In this document: piece by piece, positions 1-10,392 of the stretch | Position numbering within the stretch: the first letter of the stretch is position 1 | Layout of the letters: every line of letters starts with the position of its first letter | Source: Octopus bimaculoides | Taxonomy: Eukaryota | NCBI RefSeq assembly: GCF_001194135.2 | Contig: NC_069004.1 | Location: 32,043,785-32,089,983, forward strand | Direction of reading: 5' to 3' | Length of the DNA stretch: 46,199 nt | Position numbers and translations under genes: made by a program | The notes under the pieces: model-generated | Seen by the model: only the letters and a program-made list of their open reading frames with translations | Database searches by the model: none | Told to the model about the DNA's origin: nothing

Positions 1-145
1 TTCATCATTTGCTACAGAATAAACAACAACAACAAAAAAAATATAATTTCTTGCACACAAGCAGGAATCTAACAAATTTTGGCAGTCCATTATTATTCCA
101 AATCAAATTCATTCTTTCAATAAAAAAATACAAAACAAAAAAGTG

Positions 146-176
<31 letters not shown>

Positions 177-193
177 ACATGTGGATATTTCTA

Positions 194-345
194 AATAGCA
201 GTTTGACCCAGCTCCACATGACTAAGTTTCATGTGCGTGTAGGAGACACCAGTCTCATCAGATGATGCTCCAAGCATCTGATGAAATTGGCGTGTCCTAT
301 ACATTCAAGAAACTAAGTCATGTGGAGCTGAGTGAAGCCACTATT
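194..345. repeat. Imperfect foldback/palindrome of about 150 nt
   Basis: CAGCTCCACATGACT(209-223) is the reverse complement of AGTCATGTGGAGCTG(316-330); TCATCAGATG(255-264) pairs with CATCTGATGA(275-284); pairing is near-continuous in between. Confidence 0.88.
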
Positions 346-903
346 AAAAATATATATAACTCCTAAAAAAATGTATTGAGTGCTACTCAATTATATGTGA
401 ATGTGTGTGTGATTTTCATTTAATTTTGCTTCTTTTTCACTAGAGATAATTTGTGGGTCTTTATTCCTGCAGTTTTTATCACCAAAACCTATGAAATATT
501 TAAGAGGTAATGAACCCTTTTGAATTAATCCCTTCCAATCCCCAAAACAAAAAATAGAAACACCGATAATCTTATATAGTTATTTACTGGTTCCTAAATT
601 AATTAGATATTTATCACCTGAATAATTGTACACAGGTGAGACACTGAGTAGCAATGGTAGAGTGACTCATCAGAATGACAGTGTGTGTGTGTGTGTGCAT
701 ACACATACGTGTGTGTCCATGAAGGTGTACTTTCAGATGTCTATATATATATATTTGCATGCATGTGTGTCTGCTTGTGTGTGTATGCATATGTGTTGAA
801 ACTGTCTGCATCACTCTACCATCCGTAAATAAATAAATAAAATTTAAATATTTTAATTTGTTCTTAATTTTGTTGCAATCGATATATTTAACGACATTCA
901 CAT

Positions 904-1835
904 NNNNNNNNNNNNNNNNNNNNNNNNNNNNNNNNNNNNNNNNNNNNNNNNNNNNNNNNNNNNNNNNNNNNNNNNNNNNNNNNNNNNNNNNNNNNNNNNN
1001 NNNNNNNNNNNNNNNNNNNNNNNNNNNNNNNNNNNNNNNNNNNNNNNNNNNNNNNNNNNNNNNNNNNNNNNNNNNNNNNNNNNNNNNNNNNNNNNNNNNN
1101 NNNNNNNNNNNNNNNNNNNNNNNNNNNNNNNNNNNNNNNNNNNNNNNNNNNNNNNNNNNNNNNNNNNNNNNNNNNNNNNNNNNNNNNNNNNNNNNNNNNN
1201 NNNNNNNNNNNNNNNNNNNNNNNNNNNNNNNNNNNNNNNNNNNNNNNNNNNNNNNNNNNNNNNNNNNNNNNNNNNNNNNNNNNNNNNNNNNNNNNNNNNN
1301 NNNNNNNNNNNNNNNNNNNNNNNNNNNNNNNNNNNNNNNNNNNNNNNNNNNNNNNNNNNNNNNNNNNNNNNNNNNNNNNNNNNNNNNNNNNNNNNNNNNN
1401 NNNNNNNNNNNNNNNNNNNNNNNNNNNNNNNNNNNNNNNNNNNNNNNNNNNNNNNNNNNNNNNNNNNNNNNNNNNNNNNNNNNNNNNNNNNNNNNNNNNN
1501 NNNNNNNNNNNNNNNNNNNNNNNNNNNNNNNNNNNNNNNNNNNNNNNNNNNNNNNNNNNNNNNNNNNNNNNNNNNNNNNNNNNNNNNNNNNNNNNNNNNN
1601 NNNNNNNNNNNNNNNNNNNNNNNNNNNNNNNNNNNNNNNNNNNNNNNNNNNNNNNNNNNNNNNNNNNNNNNNNNNNNNNNNNNNNNNNNNNNNNNNNNNN
1701 NNNNNNNNNNNNNNNNNNNNNNNNNNNNNNNNNNNNNNNNNNNNNNNNNNNNNNNNNNNNNNNNNNNNNNNNNNNNNNNNNNNNNNNNNNNNNNNNNNNN
1801 NNNNNNNNNNNNNNNNNNNNNNNNNNNNNNNNNNN
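904..1835. other. Assembly gap (other gaps at 7557-8468, 16622-16831, 37588-37620, 44776-44785)
   Basis: Runs of N, mostly flanked by TA/CA microsatellites. Confidence 1.
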
Positions 1836-2173
1836 AACAAAAAAAAAAACAGAAAAAAAAAGATTTGCAATGATGCAACAATGTAAACAAAAAGCAGTTA
1901 TTGACTAAAATTTAGCACTGAAATAAGTCTAAAAATGACTAAATCATTGATTTTATTACTATTTATTATTATCATCATCATCGTTATTATTGCTATTATT
2001 ACTATTATTATTATTATTATTATTATTAAAATCACTATCATAGTCAGACTAATTATCAATCTAATCTTGTCTTCTATTATTTCCCTTAATAACTTAGGAA
2101 TTTCTCAATTTTCTCCTTTTTTTTTTCCAGCAAATCACCCATCAATATTTCAGAAGGTGTCTTCTGTATCACA

Positions 2174-2406
2174 GTTAATCTATGGCTAATGTTACAGTTG
2201 CTAGCTCTGAAACACTATCATATTATAGCTTATCTTAGGCTACATTATTGACACAATCACTGATAATCTGTGGCTATGTTATTGTTGCTAGCTCCGACAC
2301 ACAATTGCACCACTGTTAATCTCTGGCCACATTATAAATGCTAGCTTTGGTACACTATTATATCTGTGGCTACATTATAAATGCTAGCTCTGTGGCTATG
2401 TTATGG
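2174..2406. repeat. Diverged tandem repeat, about 6 units of 30-54 bp (ATCTGTGGCTAYRTTATAAATGCTAGCT)
   Basis: ATCT.TGGC and TGCTAGCT recur. Confidence 0.75.
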
Positions 2407-2611
2407 AGATAACATCTCACACAACCGACAGCCAGACAATAATTCATAACTGATTCACATGGGATATCAGGCTTCCTCTGTGTGGCTGAGGTCTGGCAGA
2501 TGATGATGATGATGGCATCATTATAAATAAACTTAAAATAGATTGCTTATTGTAATCATGTTTTACTTTGTTTTATTTCTTATTGAAATTTGTGGGGAAG
2601 GGGAGAGTTGA

Positions 2612-2762
2612 TCACATCGACCTGGTACTTATTTCATCGACCCCCAAAAAGATGAAAGGCAAAGTCGACCTCAGCAGAATTTGAATCCAGAATGTAAAGA
2701 TGGATGAAATGCCGCTAAGCATTTTGCCCGGTATGCTAATGATTCTGCCAGCTTGTCACCTT
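2612..2762 (-). mobile_element. tRNA-derived Nin/Deu-domain-like SINE (family B)
   Basis: Reverse complement of GGTGA..CTGGCAGAATC.TTAGCA..CCGGGCAAAATGCTTAGC...GTCGACTTTGCCTTTCATC...ATAAGTACCAG. Confidence 0.8.
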
Positions 2763-2771
2763 AATGATAAC

Positions 2772-2812
<41 letters not shown>

Positions 2813-2940
2813 CAATAGAGGAATCAGAAGAACCAAGTATAAAAGATTGATTGTGTAAAGCAGATTTAGTGTTTAATGATCTCGTAGTTCCAAAAATGGT
2901 AACATGCAGATTCTTCAGAAATATTTCTAAGACATTAAAT

Positions 2941-2997
2941 AGCTCCATAAAGCTCAGCTCCATAAAGCTCAGCTCCATAAAGCTCAGCTCCATAAAG
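2941..2997. repeat. Perfect 15-bp tandem repeat AGCTCCATAAAGCTC x3.8
   Basis: Read directly; the source of the FMELS repeats in ORF 2736-3056. Confidence 0.95.
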
Positions 2998-3415
2998 GAA
3001 GCAACAGACTTTTCGTTTTGGTGAAAGAGTGCGTTTCGACAACAAACAGATGTCATCGTCTACAGATACGACTTAAAGCTCTGTTTCAAAAGAACAAACA
3101 GAATTTCTAGGAACCCTATCTAAAGATTCATTCTGAAAAAAAAACAATTAACAAATATTCAGACTGCACACTCTCTCTCTCTCTCTCTCTCTCTGTCTGT
3201 CTGTCTCTCCTGGTTCGGATCAAATTTGTGTTACTTCATTCAAAAAAACAAAAAAAAAAAACAAAAAAACGTAATGTTGCCAAAATAGCACAATATAGAA
3301 TTTACCAAACTGTCACAGACAGCATTAGACATTATTCCATGCACCTTAGCGTGGGATCTTCAAGTAATGGGGAAAAAGAAAAGCAAGAATTTTCAAAGTT
3401 CTGAGTCCTCTGAGA

Positions 3416-3803
3416 AGTGATGACGGTGGTAAGCAAGTGGTGATGGACAGTAAAAAGATGTGACGGTCAAGAAAGTTGTGATGACATTTAGTAAAGAAGT
3501 AATGACAGCTGGCAAAGGGGTGGTGATGGCGGGTAATGGTGGCTGGCAAAGGGGTGATGACGGCCAGTAAAGGGTTGACGCCGCCGATCAGTAAAGAGGT
3601 GACACTGGTCAGTGATGAAATGGTGATGGTTGTTAATGAAGTGATGACGGCCAGTAACTAGGTGATAAGGCGGTAAAGGAGTGATGACAATTTAAATACC
3701 AGAGTCTGAATGGCAATGACAGGCTTAAATGGTGATGACAAGTCTGTCAAGAGATGATGGACAATCTGTTAAGATGTGATGACAAGTCTGTTAAATGATG
3801 ACA
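3416..3803. repeat. Degenerate ~20-bp minisatellite (AAAGRRGTGATGACRGYCAGT-like)
   Basis: Roughly 18-20 recurrences of GTGATGA/GTGATGG/GTGAC separated by purine-rich linkers. Confidence 0.75.
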
Positions 3804-4382
3804 GAAGAAGGAGGAGTTGTCATGGCAATTCTAAAATATCACGGATATGGTGAGGTCGGACCGTTTATCTTTCTCTTTAGCAACATGGAGGGATTGTTGG
3901 CGCCACGGTTACCACAATACGATGACAGACCATCAGTCATGTCATAGCAAGCGGCAAGAGAAATTGAAAATTTCCAAGGAGAAAAAAAGAAACAAAAAAC
4001 AAAAAAAAAAACATTTCATCATTCGTTGGCAGTGGGGGAGGGGGGTGGCGAGATTTTTCATTTTCTTTTCAGAACAAAAATCAATAAAAGAAAAAAAAAA
4101 GGACTCAGAACATAAAGAAGGGAAGGGTAGGGTAGGGCTGGGGATAGTTCATAGATAGTTCTAGTAGTAGCGGTGGTGTTGGTGGTGGTGGTAATAGCCG
4201 TTGTGGTGGTTGTAGTAGAGGTAATACTGCAGTGGTGGTGGTGATGGTGAGAGAAATACAAGTAGTAGTAAGGGCTATGGTAATAGTGTGGAGGTGGTGG
4301 TGGTTGTAATGAAGGTGGCGTAGATGGTAGGTGGATGGGTGGGTAGAGAAACGATTGAACAAGAGGAGCATGGGGGGTCGTT

Positions 4383-4542
4383 CTAAAAATGCAGATCCCC
4401 ATTCCTGAAGTAGTAAGGGTCACAGATATTGGACGTCGTTCTTGGCATCGAAGATCTCTGTCGGAGGAACTCACTGCCAGGGCTAACGAGTTCTTCTTGG
4501 ATGGAATCTTCATCGTCAGGCTCAAAGTCATCTTCGTAATTA
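4383..4542 (-). CDS. PPP2R3A: PPP2R3 terminal coding exon: (I)[52 protein letters not shown]
   Basis: Strong pyrimidine tract ctttcctttctgcag|T; phase 2 fits the preceding AT; acidic tail resembling the vertebrate FEDYETDEPASPSEF region; TAG at 4383-4385. Confidence 0.82.
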
Positions 4543-7518
4543 CTGCAGAAAGGAAAGAGAGAAAGAATGAAAAGATACGATCAGTCATTTGGCACCAAGA
4601 AATTATAATTTCAAGAAAAAGGAGTTGAGAGAAATAATGTAAAGGAGCCAGTGGCATGGTTATGAATAAAAGACAAATACAGGGATATTAAATACCATAC
4701 AACATAAATTCTGGATTAATGGTGCCATTCAAGAAAAGGAGGAGCTTATTGTTTGGAAATAGGAGGATAGATATAGACATATTTAGTGTGTATTTAATGC
4801 ACATGGCTCAGTGGTTAGAGTGTTGAGCTTACAACCATGAGGTAGTGAGTTTGATTCCTGAACTGGACTGTGTGTTGTGTTCTTAAGACTATTTCACGTT
4901 GCTCCAATTCACTCAGCTGTAGAAATGAGTTTGCAACGTCACTGGTGCTAAGCTGTACTGGCCCCTTTGCCCTTCCCTTGGGCCGACCAAAGCCTTGTGA
5001 GTGGATTTGGCAGACAGAAACTGAAAGAGACCCGTCGTATATATGTATATGTATGTCTGTGTGTGTGTGTTTGTGTGTCTGTATTTGTCAACGCAACATC
5101 GCTTGACAACTGATGCTGGTGTGTTTACGTCCCCGTAACTTAGCGGTTCGGCAAAACAGACCGATCGAATAAGTACTAGGCTTCCAAAGATTAAGTCCTG
5201 GGGTCGATTTGCTCGGCTAAAGGCAGTGCTCCAGCATGGCCACAGTCAAATGACTGAAACAAGTAAAAGAGTAAAAGAGTGGAATGTCAAGGGAGATTTA
5301 GCTGCTATTTCTAGCACGCTGAACCAACACCGTGGAGACGGCCTTCTCTTTCTCATTACATCAAATTTTAGATGGGTGACAAACGAGGTTATTTCATGTG
5401 AGCGCTGTTTGTATAACTATGCCATTACTCATCTATGTAGCATAAGTCTTCCACCATGTCCTTTAAAAGCACTTTAAATTTGAGGGAGACTTAGCTGCTA
5501 TTTCTAACAAGTTGACCAACAACATAGAGACAACCTTCCTTTTAATCTCTCTCATCATATCTCAGTTATTTTAGATGAATGACAATGAAATCTGAGAAAG
5601 ATTTAGCTGCTATTTCTAGCAAGTCGAACAACAATGCAGACGGGAGAAGCCCTCTCAACTCACCACAGTCGTTATTTAAAAGGGTGGATGACAAACAGGG
5701 CTATTCGCACCACAGCAATTTACGTTCCCACGTGGTTATTCAGCCATGCAGCCTTCCTTCTTTCTTTCTAAAACACTAGTGTGAGTCGAGGGAGATTTAG
5801 CTGCTATTTTTAGCAAATTGGACCCTCCCTCTTTTTGCTCCATTGCATCTCAGTTATTTTGGCGGGTCACTAAGGAGTTTATCTCGTGCTACTGTAATTT
5901 ATGTGCCTATATGGGCATTCAGGCATATAACCTCTCATTCCTTTTTGAAAACACTGCAGAGACATTTAAGGGACATTTAACTGCTATTTCTAACAATTTG
6001 ACCCTCTTCATCATCCATTAGTGCTCCATTATTTCAATGGGTGACAAAGTTATATGTCCCACAACTATTTTTTGTGAACCGATATAGATACTCAGCTACG
6101 TAGCTTGCCTTCGTTAGCTTTAAAAACACTGCAATAGGATTTGAGGAAGAATTAGCTGTTATTTCTAATAAGTTCAATAACAACACAGAGGGGAGAGGCT
6201 GTCTTTTTCATCACCATTCACTTATTTTGGTGGGTGACAAATGAGGTTATTTCACATCACTATTTCTGTGCCTACAGCCTTCCATTCTTTTAAAACACTA
6301 CAGTGAAGTGACGGACATTTAGCTGCTATTTCTAGCAAGTTGAACAACACAGCGAGGGAGAAAAGCCCTCTCTCCCTCCCTCATCACATTTCAGCTGTTT
6401 TGGCGGATGACAAAAGGGATTATTTCACACTTCTATCATATAGATACCTACAAACTTCCATTCTTTTAAAATACTACAACAATATGAGGGAGATTTGGCT
6501 GCTATTTCTACAGAGCTGAAAAGTGATTTGAGAGAGATTTAGCTGCTATTTCTAGAAAGTTGAACAGTGATGCGAGATTTAGCTGCTATATCTCAGGAGT
6601 GGCTATGTGGTAAGTAGCTTGCTTACGAACCACATGGTTCCCGGTTCAGTCCCACTGCGTAGCACCTTGGGGAAGTATCTTCTACTATAGCCTCGGGCCG
6701 ACCAAAGCCTTGTGAGTGGATTTGGTAGACGGAAACTGAAAGAAGCCCGTCGTATATATATATATATGTATGTGTGTGTATATGTTTGTGAGTCTGCGTT
6801 TGTCCTCCCAACATCGCTTGACAACCGATGCTGGTGTGTTTACGTCCCCGTAACTTAGCGGTTCAGCAAAAGCGACCGATAGAATAAGTACTAGGCTTAC
6901 AAAGAATAAGTCCTAGGGTCGATTTGATTTGACTAACGGCGGTGCTCCAGCATGTCCGCAGTCTAATGACTGAAACAAGTAAAAGAGTAAAGAGTAATAT
7001 GAGGGAGATTTAGCTGCTATTTCTACCGAGTTGAACAACAACAGATGGAAGAGGCTCTGCTCCCTAATCACCAGTTGAGCTATTCTGGTGGGTGACAAAC
7101 GAGGTTATTTCACACTTGAGCTATTTACGTTCCTTGGCTGTTAAGGCCAAACAGAGAGACACAACCCAACACACCCCTCCCTTCCATCCTACCTAACTAA
7201 ATTATACATGTTTGATATCACCTCCAAGGCTCCCCCGCTCTAATTATTCCCACACGTTATCGAATTATCGCTGTATCTTTATTGATTCTAAACTGGATTA
7301 TATTATCTTTGCAATGGGGTCTCTTTTTTCTTGTTTGTTTGTTTTTTGTTGGTTGGTTTTGTTTTCGTTTCGATATTCTTTGCTGGTTTATGCTAGTTGC
7401 TGACAGCAAATATTGCCCTAATAAATTATTATACTGGCAGAATAAATTGCATACACACAAACACACATTTTTAGGTATTAGGAACAGTAGGGAAACTCTG
7501 TGTGCATGTGTGTTGTGC

Positions 7519-7556
<38 letters not shown>

Positions 7557-8712
7557 NNNNNNNNNNNNNNNNNNNNNNNNNNNNNNNNNNNNNNNNNNNN
7601 NNNNNNNNNNNNNNNNNNNNNNNNNNNNNNNNNNNNNNNNNNNNNNNNNNNNNNNNNNNNNNNNNNNNNNNNNNNNNNNNNNNNNNNNNNNNNNNNNNNN
7701 NNNNNNNNNNNNNNNNNNNNNNNNNNNNNNNNNNNNNNNNNNNNNNNNNNNNNNNNNNNNNNNNNNNNNNNNNNNNNNNNNNNNNNNNNNNNNNNNNNNN
7801 NNNNNNNNNNNNNNNNNNNNNNNNNNNNNNNNNNNNNNNNNNNNNNNNNNNNNNNNNNNNNNNNNNNNNNNNNNNNNNNNNNNNNNNNNNNNNNNNNNNN
7901 NNNNNNNNNNNNNNNNNNNNNNNNNNNNNNNNNNNNNNNNNNNNNNNNNNNNNNNNNNNNNNNNNNNNNNNNNNNNNNNNNNNNNNNNNNNNNNNNNNNN
8001 NNNNNNNNNNNNNNNNNNNNNNNNNNNNNNNNNNNNNNNNNNNNNNNNNNNNNNNNNNNNNNNNNNNNNNNNNNNNNNNNNNNNNNNNNNNNNNNNNNNN
8101 NNNNNNNNNNNNNNNNNNNNNNNNNNNNNNNNNNNNNNNNNNNNNNNNNNNNNNNNNNNNNNNNNNNNNNNNNNNNNNNNNNNNNNNNNNNNNNNNNNNN
8201 NNNNNNNNNNNNNNNNNNNNNNNNNNNNNNNNNNNNNNNNNNNNNNNNNNNNNNNNNNNNNNNNNNNNNNNNNNNNNNNNNNNNNNNNNNNNNNNNNNNN
8301 NNNNNNNNNNNNNNNNNNNNNNNNNNNNNNNNNNNNNNNNNNNNNNNNNNNNNNNNNNNNNNNNNNNNNNNNNNNNNNNNNNNNNNNNNNNNNNNNNNNN
8401 NNNNNNNNNNNNNNNNNNNNNNNNNNNNNNNNNNNNNNNNNNNNNNNNNNNNNNNNNNNNNNNNNNNNCACACACACACACATATACACACAAACACATA
8501 AGAGGGTGCACGTGATATCTGAAATTGTAATTATTTCAAAATTATGAAAAGCAAAATCAAATTTATAGCTAAAACACACACACACACACACACACACACA
8601 GAAGTTACACCCCAACGCCACCCTCCCCTTCCAAAGCCTTCAGTAAATTACAAGTCCCAGTGAAGTGTGCTTATTACTGTGATTTATGGATTAGTGGTGG
8701 CGATGGTGATAG

Positions 8713-8745
<33 letters not shown>

Positions 8746-10360
8746 TGTGTGTGTGCATGAGCATGTATGTATGTATGTGTATATATTTAGATAGATATTA
8801 CTGGTGCTGTGGTGCTGCTCTTTACATACAACTGACTCTTTAATCATTGTTTTTCAATTGCTACCCTATATATATCTATCTGTCACTATCATTCTATATA
8901 CCTATCTATCTATCTAATTATTTATCTATCTATGTCTGTCATTATCATTCTGTCTATTTATCTATCTATCTATCCATCCACGTATCTATCTATCTCTATC
9001 CATCTATCTATCTATCTATCTATTTCTATCTATCTATCTCTCTATCCATCCATCCATCCATCTATCTATCTATGTATCTATCTATCCATCTATCTATCTA
9101 TGTCACTATCATTCTGTCTGTCTCTTTTTCTGTCGTCCTACCTATCCGTTTATCTACTTATCTATCTACCTCTATATTTATCCATCCATCTGTCCGGCCA
9201 ACCATCTGTGTGTGTGTGTCCTGGTCCCAGCCATCTATCTATGCCTATAGAGATATCCATCTACTCACCCATCACTCTATCTATATCTATCTGTCCTTCT
9301 CTGTATCTATTGGCAGAGCCATTACAGTAATAGACAAAATGACGCTGCAGTATCAGTTCCGGCTACCTACATTCCAGGTTCAAATCCTAGCAAAATCAAT
9401 AAAATTAAACACCAAGCACCCACATTATATATATATATATATATACTATCACCTCCCCTCTTAAAAGTCTTTGTCATGCAAGGTACTTGGTGACCCTGTC
9501 AGTGCAGAGGCCACTTAAAAGCACCCAGTCCACACTGTAAAGTGGTTGGTGTTCAGAAGGACATCCAGCTGTAAAAACCTTGCCAAAACTGACCTCACAT
9601 GTGCTTGTGCCATGTAAAAAGCACTAAGTCCACTTTGCTGGGTGGTTGGTGTTTGGAAGGGGCATCCAGCTGTAAAAATCCTGCGAAAACAGTCACAGAA
9701 GTCTAGTTCAGGCTTCTGCTGGGCCAGCTCTCGTGGCACCGTCCCACCCATGCTAGCTTAGAACACGGACCTTAAATGATGATATATATATATATATATA
9801 TATATTAGGAAGGGCATCCAGCTGTAGAAACTCTGCCAGATCAGAGGTAATAATAATAATGTTTAAGCAAATATTATTATGGAGCTAGGATAGATAGAAG
9901 AGACTGTCAGGATTAAAATTAGCTTATAATAAGTGAGTGTTAGGGATAAAAATTAGCTTAAGAGTGACCCCACTTTGCATATAAACACAGGGTAAATTTT
10001 CTGAGAAATTTTGTTGGGAAAAAATGTATCTTAATATGCAATCAATTATGGTAAGATGAAAGGTAGCCTAATATTTTCACACACACACACACACACGTAT
10101 ACAGAACGTGAGAAAGTGTAAAAGAATAACAGACTGGTGCCAAATATTGTACATTGTTTGAAAAGCTGAGATTTCATAACAGACACAGAATCACTGGAAA
10201 CCGATTTCTCACACAAGGACTTTTGACACTTCCATGTCAAAACATCACAAACTTGATATTTCGGTCACCCTGTTCCACCACCACCACATGCCCCTCTGCC
10301 CACTCTTTCTCATCCTGAAACTATTGCTGTCAGAGATGATGGTGTTGGTGGTAATAGTGA

Positions 10361-10392
<32 letters not shown>

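Larger units (their letters stand above)
2572..4382 (-). other. Putative 3' UTR of PPP2R3, down to the first canonical AATAAA (TTTATT on + at 2572-2577)
   Basis: No AATAAA seen on the sense strand between the stop codon and 2577. The real cleavage site is unknown and an ATTAAA variant lies at 2872-2877. Confidence 0.4.

Noticed and set aside
4058-4657. 199-aa minus-strand ORF and 79-aa plus-strand ORF over the terminal exon
   Set aside because: Alternative frames or strands overlapping the true phase-2 terminal exon and low-complexity UTR
5290-7130. CRISPR array
   Set aside because: Eukaryotic intron; the 'spacers' are 15-165 bp, homologous to one another and not unique; no cas genes
614-8621. 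Long ORFs of 330-454 aa (614-1890, 7257-8621)
   Set aside because: Open only because they run through N gaps
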